From Verrucomicrobiaceae bacterium (GTDB lineage: Bacteria; Verrucomicrobiota; Verrucomicrobiia; Chthoniobacterales; Chthoniobacteraceae): a stretch of DNA of 64,000 nt. This document shows positions 23,001 through 31,541 of this stretch, one piece after another; within the stretch, counting starts at the first letter, position 1, and the number at the start of each line of letters is the position of its first letter. The notes beneath the pieces are model-generated. The model ran no database searches and had not been told where the DNA came from. It saw only the letters and a program-made list of their open reading frames with translations. The DNA lies in contig JAYUSJ010000004.1 in assembly GCA_043755735.1 (NCBI GenBank), forward strand, positions 4,311 to 68,310, given 5' to 3'. The translations under genes were made by a program, and so were the position numbers.

Positions 23001-23485
23001 ACGTGACTGTTTGCATTCGGATCAAAGCCCACCTCGAGCGAACCGTCCGCATTCACCCGAGCGATCCCATTGCGCACCGTCGCGCTGGCCGCGCCGTTTG
23101 GCTGGAGTGTCGTGAAAGCGCCGCCAAGCAAAATTTGCCCATCCGCCTGCACCACCACCGTATGAATCTCGCCGAATACATTGGGGTCAAAGCCAACGTC
23201 CAGCGTCCCATCCCCATTGAGCCGAGCGACATTGCTGCGAGGCACACCCAGCACCGAAGTGAAGCGCCCCGCGAGGATGATCTTCCCATCCGGCTGCACC
23301 GCCGTCGCATACACCGTTGGATACCCGTCGCTGGCTACAACATCCACATTCAGCGAATCCAGATCACCCGGCGCAGCCAACGCACGGCTGGTGGAAAACA
23401 GAAGGAACGCAGCCAGCAATGTGGCGCAGAGGAAGTGGATGGGTGGTCGCATGACGCCGCTGACGGTAGCTGCCTTTCGCAGCAT
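20027..23485 (-). CDS. Giant secreted or surface repeat protein (delta-60 beta-propeller-type repeats, Ig/HYR-like domain, NxxGxxAF-type repeats)
   Basis: The signal peptide is MRPPIHFLCATLLAAFLLFSTSRALA, so the start is possibly at 23452. About 8 N-terminal repeats have the form DGKILLGGxFT..xRNxIARVNADGSLDxxFxP. The central segment TLTATDAAGNTSSTTFDLSV is HYR/Ig-like. The C-terminal part has recurring DDAGDVAFLGK, NESANTAFLATL and ANSSVAFTAT units. Confidence 0.8.
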   Translation of the reverse strand: MLRKAATVSGVMRPPIHFLCATLLAAFLLFSTSRALAAPGDLDSLNVDVVASDGYPTVYATAVQPDGKIILAGRFTSVLGVPRSNVARLNGDGTLDVGFDPNVFGEIHTVVVQADGQILLGGAFTTLQPNGAASATVRNGIARVNADGSLEVGFDPNANSHVRCLAVQADGKILLGGYFTKLQSNGAASATMRKYIARVNVDGTLDAGFSPSVSSYVECVAVQPDGKILFGGFFTTLPPTSATVRNGGVSPFSATTRNCVARFNVDGSLDVGFNPNTNGGVESLLVQPDGKVLFAGYFTALQPNGAASATTRNYLARVNADGTLDVGFVPPTNDNIHSMALQVNGRILLGDNVRNRIERMNADGSLDTTFNPSANDRVSSVALQADGKILAGGYFTRLNTTTRNHFARLLNDPATQSLTALSASRVRWTRGGSAPELASVTLDLSTDGGSSWMPLGNPTRMGTSADWLLTGLALPTTGQVRARGRTLGGFHGCASGMIEQVAAFTVNSTALAPTPTAPAANALSLNPMTVSFSLPEAALPGSVTLTFTDTTTTTLTLAASQETSGAHSVSFSPAAPLASAQVASGAAIPDGVYAVTLSYQDDGENPPASATRAGVMIDTTPPQISVPAATRQAFEGTLANYTSLAVVTDASPRTVTQSPAIGSPTTAGLRTITLTATDAAGNTSSTTFDLSVLRIHTTQLTTGTAAPGIGTNGIPPNAIITSLSTPATDDAGDVAFLGKWTTGPNDKGTRLFLNNTSPTLINLAAYKSFTDPVVDGGIVATIAGLKPSGSVVLSGSVALSAIAQSGDLAPDAGGARFKKFKAVAVRSGCLAIFAQLKAPAASDLGLWLKVGASPLKLALREGQTIEGKTVKTLISFMPGKDSPGQGRGWLTTTGTGVAFALTLFTDKTQGIVVANANGDTSILTRSDAPTTIFDASLTGASFASYSVPAINESANTAFLATLKIGPGGVTKADARGIFLGDDDAQYTTIARIGADFSTLGDPVLSANSSVAFTATRKGSTAKTLWWKPAGQPLRLLAQTGTAAGDLPGSQWESFTSLAITDRGPIFAAQLVPKRGVTASSASGVWVCDLGGNPRLLFRTGETIHGKTLATFSLLKVTVGNAGVTRSFNNTALVVWLATFTDKTSAIIRSELP

Positions 23486-23682
23486 TGAAACCGGAAAAAT
23501 CCAGTCGCCCTGTCTCCCATGCCACCCTCATCATCAGGCGCTTCGCCAATTTTGCAAAGACCTCCGCGTTGTGTGACTGGCTGCTACCGCTGCCGAGGAA
23601 CGGCCAAGTCAGCGCGCTGCGAGAAGCGCCGTGGAATGCTGGAACTGATTCCAGCCGTGGGTTGCGGGACTTGCCACGCACA

Positions 23683-23706
23683 GAGCCGTGGCACCTGCCA
23701 CGGCTC
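23683..23706. promoter_or_regulatory. Perfect 24-bp palindrome in a divergent intergenic region (candidate operator)
   Basis: The palindrome is GAGCCGTGGCA-cc-TGCCACGGCTC, with 11-bp arms and a 2-nt spacer. Related half-sites CCGTGG (23655-23660) and GCCACG (23673-23678) lie just upstream. It sits between the giant-protein start and the NagB-like start. Confidence 0.3.
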
Positions 23707-23890
23707 GCCACAGGCTCAGCGCGACAAGTCGCTTGAGTGACGGCGCGGTGCGCAGCCGCGATTCAGAGCCGTGAACCCTGATAAATAGCCTTGGCGGGCG
23801 GGTGTGGATTGCATCTCTTATGGAGGGCGTCTTGCGACGCCGCAACCGTCCAACAGCCATTGAGCACGCCATAAGTTTAGAATCCGCCGT

Positions 23891-24829
23891 ATGAAACTTC
23901 GTCCATCCAGCATCTCCGCCGATTGGTGGGATTACACCTGCCTTCCGCTCGACCTCATCAATGACGTTTCGCGTCTCTCTCCGAAGGATATCGCGCAACT
24001 CAGCCGGCCCGGTTTTCGCGTTGTGATGTATGACACGCTGGAGGACTTCTACCTCGCCGAAGCGCTTGAATACATCACGGCATGGAAATCCAGCACTGCG
24101 GATAATCCCGTCGGCATCTGCGGCCCCATCGGCCCGACCGAGCAACTCCCGCTCGTCGCACGGCTGGTAAACGAGCTTGGGCTCGATATTCGCAGCGGAC
24201 ATTTCTGGGGGATGGACGAATGGTTCGACGTGGAGACGGGCAAGGAAGTTCCCGCGTCGCACCCGCTGAGCTTCGAGAAAGCGGACCGTTCGATGTGCTT
24301 CGATCGCACCAGCAAAAAGCTGCGGATGCCGGAAAAGAATCTGCATTTCCCAAAAGCCGACACGAGCGAATACCGCGCAAGCTGGGACAGCGGCGCGACA
24401 TGCGCCGTGATGCAAGGCGGCCAAGGCGATGTGAAACACTGGGCGTTCAACGATCCGCTGCCCCGTCGTGGAAAATACAAAACGCAGCCGCCCACGCCCG
24501 AGGAATATCGCAAACTGCCGACCCGCGTGGTCGATCTGCATCCGCTCACGATTGCTCAGAATGCGCGGACGAGCGGTGGCGGAAATATTTCGATGGTGCC
24601 GACCAAGGCCATCACGGTCGGTCCTGCGGAAACATGGAAGGCGAAGAAAGTCTCCATCTGGCAAGCGGGCACCCACGACAATCCATTCGGTCAGCGCCTC
24701 ACGGCATTCATGATCAGCAAGAAACTCGCGAGCGCGTGTGTGCCGATGTCACTTCTCGCCGATCATCCGAACGTGCAGTTCAACTACTACCGCGGCGGCC
24801 TCGGCTCGTGCGCGGTCGAGATGCACTGA
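23891..24829 (+). CDS. Glucosamine-6-phosphate deaminase / 6-phosphogluconolactonase family protein
   Basis: The segments [22 protein letters not shown] and HFWGMDEW resemble the NagB LPTGSTP..NMDEY pattern. This assignment makes the 355-aa antisense ORF 23609..24676 a shadow frame. Confidence 0.7.
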   Translation: MKLRPSSISADWWDYTCLPLDLINDVSRLSPKDIAQLSRPGFRVVMYDTLEDFYLAEALEYITAWKSSTADNPVGICGPIGPTEQLPLVARLVNELGLDIRSGHFWGMDEWFDVETGKEVPASHPLSFEKADRSMCFDRTSKKLRMPEKNLHFPKADTSEYRASWDSGATCAVMQGGQGDVKHWAFNDPLPRRGKYKTQPPTPEEYRKLPTRVVDLHPLTIAQNARTSGGGNISMVPTKAITVGPAETWKAKKVSIWQAGTHDNPFGQRLTAFMISKKLASACVPMSLLADHPNVQFNYYRGGLGSCAVEMH

Positions 24830-24831
24830 TT

Positions 24832-25770
24832 TTACGCCGCCGGGACGCTGGCGCACAAATAGAGCACGGCCATTCGCACCGCCAATCCGTTGGTCACCTG
24901 GTCGAGAATCACACTGCGCCCGCTGTCCGCGATGTCGCTGTCGATTTCCACACCGCGATTGATCGGGCCGGGGTGCATAATCAAGCAGTCGCTTTTGAGC
25001 CTGCTTGCGCGCTCTTTGGTGAGGCCGAAAAGCGACGTGTATTCGCCGAGCGACGGGAAGTATTCCTTCCGCTGTCGCTCGTGTTGAATGCGAAGGAGAT
25101 TCACGACATCCACGCTTTCGAGGATGCTTTCGAGGTCGTGGGTGATGGTCACGCCGAGCGACTCCAACGTTCGCGGAACCAGCGTGGGAGGTCCGCACAA
25201 CGTGACTTTCGCGCCGAGCTTTGTGAGCGCGTGGATGTTCGATCGGGCGACGCGGGAAAACTGGATGTCGCCGATGATCGCGACGTGGAGTCCGCTCAAA
25301 TCGCCATCCATTCGCTTCTTCGCTTCACAGATGGTGTAAGTGTCGAGCAGCGCCTGCGTGGGGTGCTCGTGCGCTCCGTCGCCTGCATTGATGACGCTCG
25401 CATTCAGCCGTTCCGCAAGGAATTGCGCGGCTCCCGCGCTGCTGTGGCGAAGGACGATAATGTCGGCAAGAAGAGCCTCCAGATTGCGCGCGGTGTCTTT
25501 GAGCGTCTCGCCTTTCGTGAGCGAGGATGTGGAGGCGCTGATGTTCACCACGTCGGCACTGAGGCGAAACGCGGCGAGCTCGAAACTGATGCGCGTCCGG
25601 GTGCTCGGCTCGACGAAGAAATTGACAAGCGTCTTTCCGCGCAGAGCAGGCACTTTCTTGATGTCGCGCGCGCCCACGGTTTTGAAATTGGACGCGTGCT
25701 GGAGGATGAAGCGGATTTCTTCCGCGCTGAGGTCGGCGATGGAGGTGAGGTCTTTGCGGGTCCAGTTCAT
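24832..25770 (-). CDS. pyrB: Aspartate carbamoyltransferase catalytic subunit
   Basis: Motifs seen are [27 protein letters not shown] and [12 protein letters not shown]. Confidence 0.92.
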   Translation of the reverse strand: MNWTRKDLTSIADLSAEEIRFILQHASNFKTVGARDIKKVPALRGKTLVNFFVEPSTRTRISFELAAFRLSADVVNISASTSSLTKGETLKDTARNLEALLADIIVLRHSSAGAAQFLAERLNASVINAGDGAHEHPTQALLDTYTICEAKKRMDGDLSGLHVAIIGDIQFSRVARSNIHALTKLGAKVTLCGPPTLVPRTLESLGVTITHDLESILESVDVVNLLRIQHERQRKEYFPSLGEYTSLFGLTKERASRLKSDCLIMHPGPINRGVEIDSDIADSGRSVILDQVTNGLAVRMAVLYLCASVPAA

Positions 25771-25773
25771 GGA

Positions 25774-26337
25774 TTAGGAAACGTGCGCGTCGAGCCAGAC
25801 GCTGTCTTTGTTGAGCGGATCCGTCACGGCGAAGCGCACATACACGCGCTCGCCGAGCGAAGTCGGGACATTTTTGCCGACGTAGTCTGCGCGGATGGGC
25901 AGTTCGCGGTGGCCACGGTCGACGAGCACCGCATACTGGATTCTCGCGGGGCGGCCAAAGTCGGCGAGCGCATCCATCGCAGCGCGGCAGGTGCGCCCGG
26001 TGAAGGCGACATCGTCCGCCAGAATCAGCGTCCGGTTTTCCAAGTCATACGGCAGCTTTGTGGCCACGACTTCCGGGACGGGGCGGCGGGACAGGTCGTC
26101 GCGGTGCATGGAGATGTCGATGACGCCGCTGGCGACTTCGGTGCCGCCGAAGTTCGAGACGAGCCTGGCGAGGCGCTCGGCGATGACGATGCCTCGGCTT
26201 GGGATGCCGATGATGGCTATTCGCCCGAGGTCGCTATTGCGCTCGATGATTTCGTGGGCAATGCGATGCAGAGTCCGCTCAATGGCGGTTGCGTCGAGGA
26301 GGAGACGTGCGGTTGGTGATGGTGGATTACTATTCAT
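25774..26337 (-). CDS. pyrR: Bifunctional pyrimidine operon regulator / uracil phosphoribosyltransferase PyrR
   Basis: Motifs seen are RTLHRIAHEIIERN and the PRPP loop LILADDVAFTGRTCRAA. The stop is 3 nt before the pyrB start. The start was set at the ATG at 26337. Confidence 0.9.
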   Translation of the reverse strand: MNSNPPSPTARLLLDATAIERTLHRIAHEIIERNSDLGRIAIIGIPSRGIVIAERLARLVSNFGGTEVASGVIDISMHRDDLSRRPVPEVVATKLPYDLENRTLILADDVAFTGRTCRAAMDALADFGRPARIQYAVLVDRGHRELPIRADYVGKNVPTSLGERVYVRFAVTDPLNKDSVWLDAHVS

Positions 26338-26395
26338 GGTTGCGTCCTTTGCGAACTCTCGGGTTCGCATTAAAAGGCGCTCGCGGCGACTTATT

Positions 26396-26599
26396 TCATG
26401 TCTGTTTGCCAGCCTGTCGTTCGCGACGCCACTTTGCCCGGTAGTTGACGATCCAACTCAAGAGTGCTTTTTCAAAGCCTACATCGTGATGCGCGTTTTC
26501 GCTCAGGAACCACTTGTGTTCCAAAATGGCATTTCGTTCCGCGAGAAATTCTCGGTAGAGGAGGGAGCCTTTCAGTAGATTGTTATCGGCGTCGCTCAT
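26396..26599 (-). CDS. Small hypothetical protein (67 aa) with HKW-x-SE helix motif
   Basis: The segment YREFLAERNAILEHKWFLSENAHHDVGFEKALLSWIVNY resembles the (I/L)xxH(R/K)WxxSE..G.D.G..A motif I recall from DUF4032-type domains. It is co-directional with pyrR and looks lower in GC by eye. Confidence 0.4.
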   Translation of the reverse strand: MSDADNNLLKGSLLYREFLAERNAILEHKWFLSENAHHDVGFEKALLSWIVNYRAKWRRERQAGKQT

Positions 26600-26751
26600 G
26601 GGTCGAAGTGATGCATTACATTGCCTGCATTTTCCGTTCCGTCAAGCGGTCGTATTTCACTGATTGGTCCTGCTTAGAAGAAAAAGATTCGTTTTACCGC
26701 GTCTGTCCGATTGACCGCACAATCCTCCGCCGCTACGCCACGCATCGCACT

Positions 26752-28029
26752 ATGAAAACAACCGTCTTCCTCTCCGCACTCATCGCAATGTCCGCCAGCG
26801 CCTTCGCACAAAACGAAGCGCCTGCCGGATTCACCTCGCTCTACAACGGAAAAGACCTCGCTGGCTGGCGCGGCGGCGATACCGCCGACCACCGGGCCTA
26901 CGCCGCCATGCCCGACGCAAAAAAGCAGGAGTGGACCGCCGACATGCTCAAGCACTGGAAGTCGGAGGGCGGTGAGCTGCTCAATGACGGGCACGGCAAG
27001 TACGCCACCACCGAAAAGGAATACGGCAATTTCGAGCTGCTCGTCGAATACAACATGGCTCCAAAAGGGGACTCCGGCATTTACCTGCGCAACGTCCCGC
27101 AAGTGCAAATATGGGATCACACCGACGACGACAAAGGCGCCCTCGGGCGCACGAAAGGAAGCGGCGGACTTTGGAATAACAGCCCGAACGCTCTCGGAAA
27201 AGACCCGCTCGTCCTCGCAGACAAGCCGGCTGGCGAGTGGAACAAATTCCGCATCGTCATGGTCGGCTCGCGAGTCAGTGTCTGGCTCAACGACAAAATG
27301 ACCGTCGATCACGCCATCCTCGAGAACTTCTACGACCGCAAAAAGCCGGTGCCTGCGCGCGGCCCGATCTGCCTGCAAACCCACGGCGCACCCATCAAAT
27401 GGCGCAACATTTTCGTCCGTGAAATCGGCAGCGAAGAAGCCAACAAGATCGTCGCCGGCAAGGGCGGCGAGGGTTTTGAATCCATCTGGAACGGCAAGGA
27501 CTTCGAAGGCTGGGGCGGGCCTGTGGATCAATATGAAGTCGTCGATGGCGCGATTCGATGCATCAAAGGCAAGGGCGGCACCATTTACAAAAAGGAAGAA
27601 TACTCTGACTTCGTCGCACGCCTCGAATTCAAGCTCCCGCCGAACGGCAACAACGGCCTGGCCATCCGCTACCCCGGCGAAGGCAACACGGCCTACGTCG
27701 GCATGATGGAAAACCAAATCCTCGCCGACGACTACAAAGGCATCGACCCGCGCCAGTCCCACGGCTCCGCATACGGAATGCTGGCCGCCGAGCGCGGATA
27801 CCAGCACCCGATTGGCGAATGGAACTTCGAGGAAGTCACCGTCAAAGGTTCCACGATCAAGGTCGAACTCAACGGCGCTGTGATCCTCAACGGCGACGTC
27901 TCCAAGGTCACCGAATTCATGGCAAAATCCGAGCACCCCGGCAAAGACCGTAAGAGCGGCTTCTTCGGCTTCGCCGGCCACAGCGACCCAGTGATGTTCC
28001 GCAACATCAGCATCAAAAAGCTGAAGTAG
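26752..28029 (+). CDS. Secreted tandem DUF1080 (3-keto-disaccharide hydrolase-like) protein
   Basis: The signal peptide is MKTTVFLSALIAMSASAFA. Two DUF1080 units are present: FTSLYNGKDLAGW...IKWRNIFVREI and FESIWNGKDFEGW...VMFRNISIKKL. The start was set at the ATG at 26752. Confidence 0.8.
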   Translation: MKTTVFLSALIAMSASAFAQNEAPAGFTSLYNGKDLAGWRGGDTADHRAYAAMPDAKKQEWTADMLKHWKSEGGELLNDGHGKYATTEKEYGNFELLVEYNMAPKGDSGIYLRNVPQVQIWDHTDDDKGALGRTKGSGGLWNNSPNALGKDPLVLADKPAGEWNKFRIVMVGSRVSVWLNDKMTVDHAILENFYDRKKPVPARGPICLQTHGAPIKWRNIFVREIGSEEANKIVAGKGGEGFESIWNGKDFEGWGGPVDQYEVVDGAIRCIKGKGGTIYKKEEYSDFVARLEFKLPPNGNNGLAIRYPGEGNTAYVGMMENQILADDYKGIDPRQSHGSAYGMLAAERGYQHPIGEWNFEEVTVKGSTIKVELNGAVILNGDVSKVTEFMAKSEHPGKDRKSGFFGFAGHSDPVMFRNISIKKLK

Positions 28030-28051
28030 GCCCGCCGCGAAAAACCGAATC

Positions 28052-28091
28052 AAAAAAAGACCCGGCTACTGGAAACGTGGCCGGGTTTTTT
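28052..28091. terminator. Bidirectional intrinsic terminator between convergent genes
   Basis: An A-run (28052-28058) precedes the stem ACCCGGC (28060-28066) / GCCGGGT (28080-28086). A T-run follows (to 28091). Confidence 0.6.
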
Positions 28092-28136
28092 GCGTTGTGA
28101 TTGCGGTCCACAAAGACCGATCCGATCGCGGAACTT

Positions 28137-28652
28137 CTAGCGCCCTGAAAGCGGCGGCGGGCCTTTCGGCTGCTCTCGGCGGGTGGTATTTTGTGCAGGG
28201 AAACTGTTCTGGATGATTTCCCGGATGCGCAGGCCGCGGGTGACTTCACTGGTGAAAAGGTCGAGGTTTCCGTCCGGCCCTGTGACTCCGAGAACCATAT
28301 CGCCTTTCAGTCCGTAGGCTGCGGCTACCGCCGGTCCGTTGTTGGCGACGACGAAGGGCACATTGCTCGCCACACTTTCTCCTCCCTCGCTGAATGCTAC
28401 GACGAAGACCGTTCCGCGGCTGGCGAGCTCGCGGTAGGTGTCTTCGATGATTTGCACCTGTTTGCGAAATGCGCGGGTCTTCGGGCTCTTCGCGACAATC
28501 ACCACGACGGGCTGCCCACGGAGGCTGCGCGATGATTTCATGCCGCCGATCCCTGAGAAAGAAAAGTCCGGCGCGGGACGCACGACCGGGCTCGCCGCGT
28601 CGGCGGCGGCGAATGCGAATACGAGAAGAGCTGCGAGCGTTTTCATCGGCAT
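28137..28652 (-). CDS. Secreted thioredoxin-fold (TlpA/ResA-like) protein lacking the CxxC motif
   Basis: The signal peptide is MPMKTLAALLVFAFAAADA. The segment RGQPVVVIVAKSPKTRAFRKQ occupies the position where TlpA-type proteins have FWATWCGPC. The ATG at 28652 overlaps the frr stop by 1 nt. Confidence 0.55.
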   Translation of the reverse strand: MPMKTLAALLVFAFAAADAASPVVRPAPDFSFSGIGGMKSSRSLRGQPVVVIVAKSPKTRAFRKQVQIIEDTYRELASRGTVFVVAFSEGGESVASNVPFVVANNGPAVAAAYGLKGDMVLGVTGPDGNLDLFTSEVTRGLRIREIIQNSFPAQNTTRREQPKGPPPLSGR

Positions 28653-29212
28653 CAAACCTTCATGATTTCCGCGTCCTTGTGGGCGAATGTTTCGTCCACT
28701 TTCTTCACGAAATCATCAGTGAATTTCTGCACATCCTTTTCAAATCCCTTCAGATCGTCCTCGGTGATTCCTCCGTCTTTCTCCGCCTTTTTCAGCGCGT
28801 CCATTGCCTCCCGCCGGCAGGAGCGAATGCGGACGCGTGTTTCCTCGGCGATGTTTTTGCAGGTCTTCACGAGGTCGCGGCGGCGCTCTTCGTTGAGCGG
28901 AGGGATCGGGAGACGGATGACCTTTCCCGCGACGACGGGATTGATGCCAATATTGCTTTCGCGGATCGCTTTTTCGATGGCCTGCACGGTGCCGGGATCG
29001 AACGCATCGACGACGAGCATCCGGGGCTCGGGCGAGCTGATGGCGGCGCACTGTTTGAGCTTCATCATCGTGCCGTAGCACTCCACGTCTATATTCTCCA
29101 CGAGGGCTGGAGAGGCTTTGCCGGTGCGGATCGCGGAGAACTCCTGCTTCATGTATTCAGCAGCTTTCTCCATGCCCTCCTCGGCGTTCATCAAGATTTC
29201 ATCAGGGTCCAT
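28652..29212 (-). CDS. frr: Ribosome recycling factor
   Basis: The 186-aa protein carries KQEFSAIRTGKASPALVENI, GINPVVAGKVIRLPIPPLNEERRRDLVK and ITEDDLKGFEKDVQKFTD. Confidence 0.93.
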   Translation of the reverse strand: MDPDEILMNAEEGMEKAAEYMKQEFSAIRTGKASPALVENIDVECYGTMMKLKQCAAISSPEPRMLVVDAFDPGTVQAIEKAIRESNIGINPVVAGKVIRLPIPPLNEERRRDLVKTCKNIAEETRVRIRSCRREAMDALKKAEKDGGITEDDLKGFEKDVQKFTDDFVKKVDETFAHKDAEIMKV

Positions 29213-29236
29213 AATAGTGTGTAGGTTGTTGGGAAT

Positions 29237-29971
29237 TTATTCCGGGACGACGAGTGTGCCCACTTTTTTTCCGAGCACGACATCCTTGAGCGCATTCGGG
29301 GCGAAAAGGTCGAACACTATGATGGGCAGCCGGTTTTCCTGGCAGAGCGAAAACGCCGTCGCGTCCATGACGCCGTAGCGTTTCGCCAGTGCCTCGCCGT
29401 GGGTGAGTTGATCGATCTTTTTTGCTTTGGGATCTTTGTTGGGGTCTGCGGTGTAGATGCCGTTTACCTTGGTCGCCTTCAGTACGATCTCCGCGCCGAT
29501 TTCATTGGCCCGGAGGGCCGCACCGGTGTCGGTGGAGAAGAAGGGATTGCCCGTTCCTGCGACGAAAATCACGACGCGCCCCTGCTCCAGATGGCGCACG
29601 GCTTTTCTGCGGATGAAGGGCTCCGCGACCATATCCATGCGGATGGCGGTTTGCACGCGGGTCTGGACGCCGAGTTCTTCTAGTGTGGACTGGATGGCGA
29701 GGCCGTTGATGACCGTCGCGAGCATGCCCATGTAGTCCGCCGTGGTGCGTTCCATTCCTCGATGGCTCGCGGTGAGCCCGCGCCAGATATTTCCACCACC
29801 GATGACGATGCCAATTTCCACGCCAAGTTCGTAAATCCCGAGGATGTCGTGGGCCAGTCGCTGGACGATCTCCGGGGAGATCGTTTCGATGGAATCCTTT
29901 GAGCGCAGAGCTTCTCCGCTGAGCTTCAGCAGAATTCGTTTGTATTTTGCTTTGGCAGTCTTTTTCGGCAT
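29237..29971 (-). CDS. pyrH: UMP kinase
   Basis: Motifs seen are YKRILLKLSGEAL, VIGGGNIWRG and VIFVAGTGNPFFSTDTGAALRA. The start was set at the ATG at 29971; the 493-aa track ORF is an upstream extension. Confidence 0.93.
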   Translation of the reverse strand: MPKKTAKAKYKRILLKLSGEALRSKDSIETISPEIVQRLAHDILGIYELGVEIGIVIGGGNIWRGLTASHRGMERTTADYMGMLATVINGLAIQSTLEELGVQTRVQTAIRMDMVAEPFIRRKAVRHLEQGRVVIFVAGTGNPFFSTDTGAALRANEIGAEIVLKATKVNGIYTADPNKDPKAKKIDQLTHGEALAKRYGVMDATAFSLCQENRLPIIVFDLFAPNALKDVVLGKKVGTLVVPE

Positions 29972-30070
29972 GAGGCGTGAGAAAAGCGCAACCGCCCGCG
30001 AATGGGAAGAGAATCCGCGCGAGTGAAGGCTGGTCTTTTTGCCGCCGGGATGCCCGAATGGGGCGCGATA

Positions 30071-31327
30071 ATGCTCCACACGATACAGCCCGAAACGCAC
30101 GGTCCCCTCGGAAAGCCCATGGCGGACGCCGTGCAGGCGTGCGTGCATTGCGGCTTCTGCCTTGCGGCGTGCCCGACTTACAAGGAACTGGGCCAGGAGA
30201 TGGATTCGCCGCGCGGTCGCATCGTGCTGATGAAGCAGGTGCTGGAGGGAACGCTGCCTGTCGCCGGAGCGCTTCCGCATGTCGATGCCTGCCTCGGCTG
30301 CCTCGCTTGCGAGCCCGTGTGCCCGAGCGGCGTACAGTATCGCGACCTCATCTCGCCCTTCCGCGCCATCACAGAAAAAGACCGTCGCCGACCGTTGATG
30401 GAGCGTATTCGGAGGTGGATGATTTCCGCGACGTTGCCGTATCCGCGCCGTTTCCGACTGGCTGCGTGGCTTGGAAAAATCGGCAAGGAGTTCACCCCGC
30501 TGATGCCCAAATCGATGCGCCCGATGCTCGAGTTGCTCCCGCAAAAACTGCCGCCAGCGCAACCGCTCGCTGGTTTTTATCCCGCAATCGGCACCCGTCG
30601 CGGACGCGTCGCGCTGCTCGCCGGTTGCGCGCAGCAAGTGCTGGAGCCGGATATCAACGCAGCGACCATCGACGTTCTTTGCCGCAACGGCATCGAGGTC
30701 GTCGTTCCCGCCACGCAAGGATGCTGCGGCGCGCTATCGTGGCATGTCGGAGACATCGAGAGTGCGCGGAGGTTTGCGCGGCAAAATTTACGTGCATTTC
30801 CTCCGGATGTGGATGCCATCGTCACCAACGCTGCGGGTTGCGGCAGCGGTCTGCACGAATACCACCTCATGCTCGCAGGCGAGCCGGAAGCGGAGCAGGC
30901 AGAGCAGTTTCGGCATCGGGTGAAAGACGTGTCCGCATTTCTCGCAGATGTCGGGCTGGTCGCGGAGTTTCCGGTCGGAAAAAAGGGCCGCGTCGCTTAC
31001 CAGGACGCCTGCCATCTCGCGAATGCTCAAGGCGTGCGCGACGAGCCGCGTGAGCTCCTGCGAGCGGTCCCGGGGCTGGAGCTCGTCGAGATTGCCGACG
31101 CGCATCTTTGCTGCGGCAGCGCCGGGACTTACAATATCGACCAGCCGGAAATCGCCGCTCGCCTCGGCGCGGCGAAAGCGAAAGCAGTGATCGATTCCGG
31201 CGCGAAGGTGGTGGCCACGGGAAATATCGGCTGCATGACGCAACTCCGTGCGCACTTGTCCGGGCAAGGCATTGAGGTTCGTCACACGATGCAAGTTTTG
31301 CGCGATGCGTATGGCTTTCGTGCGTGA
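30071..31327 (+). CDS. Glycolate oxidase iron-sulfur subunit GlcF-like (Fe-S) oxidoreductase with CCG domains
   Basis: Two ferredoxin-type motifs are present: CVHCGFCLAACP and CLGCLACEPVCP. There are also two Cys-rich CCG-type regions (GCCGALSWH and HLCCGSAGTY). The start is uncertain (30002, 30050 or 30071). No glcD or glcE is adjacent. Confidence 0.75.
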   Translation: MLHTIQPETHGPLGKPMADAVQACVHCGFCLAACPTYKELGQEMDSPRGRIVLMKQVLEGTLPVAGALPHVDACLGCLACEPVCPSGVQYRDLISPFRAITEKDRRRPLMERIRRWMISATLPYPRRFRLAAWLGKIGKEFTPLMPKSMRPMLELLPQKLPPAQPLAGFYPAIGTRRGRVALLAGCAQQVLEPDINAATIDVLCRNGIEVVVPATQGCCGALSWHVGDIESARRFARQNLRAFPPDVDAIVTNAAGCGSGLHEYHLMLAGEPEAEQAEQFRHRVKDVSAFLADVGLVAEFPVGKKGRVAYQDACHLANAQGVRDEPRELLRAVPGLELVEIADAHLCCGSAGTYNIDQPEIAARLGAAKAKAVIDSGAKVVATGNIGCMTQLRAHLSGQGIEVRHTMQVLRDAYGFRA

Positions 31328-31355
31328 GATGAGAGGGCCTGCGATTCCGGTTCGC

Positions 31356-31388
31356 TTGACAGTTCACCGAGCCGGGCTCCATTATAAG
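31356..31388 (+). promoter_or_regulatory. Candidate sigma-70-type promoter for the APC permease gene
   Basis: A TTGACA hexamer lies at 31356-31361, followed after 18 nt by CATTAT (31380-31385, overlapping TATAAG). It is about 155 nt upstream of the ATG at 31542. This is pattern match only. Confidence 0.25.
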
Positions 31389-31541
31389 GAACAATTGAAC
31401 ACTAATTCTCACATCGACCAGCCATGGGCTGGCCCCGGTCTTGAGCCAGCTCTCCGCTCCCGTGCTGCATTTTCAAACATCCCTCAATTGTCTCCCGCAT
31501 TTCGGGCGGGCGTAAACTGACGCGCAGCGACTGAAACACCT

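Noticed and set aside
24220-26319. A 699-aa plus-strand ORF, the longest in this area.
   Set aside because: It is antisense to pyrB and pyrR, both of which carry unambiguous family motifs. Its composition (Arg/Ala/Gly/Asp-rich, no recognisable motif) is typical of a high-GC shadow frame.
26674-28053. A 459-aa minus-strand ORF covering the DUF1080 gene.
   Set aside because: It is antisense to a CDS with a signal peptide and two clear DUF1080 units. It has no motif of its own.
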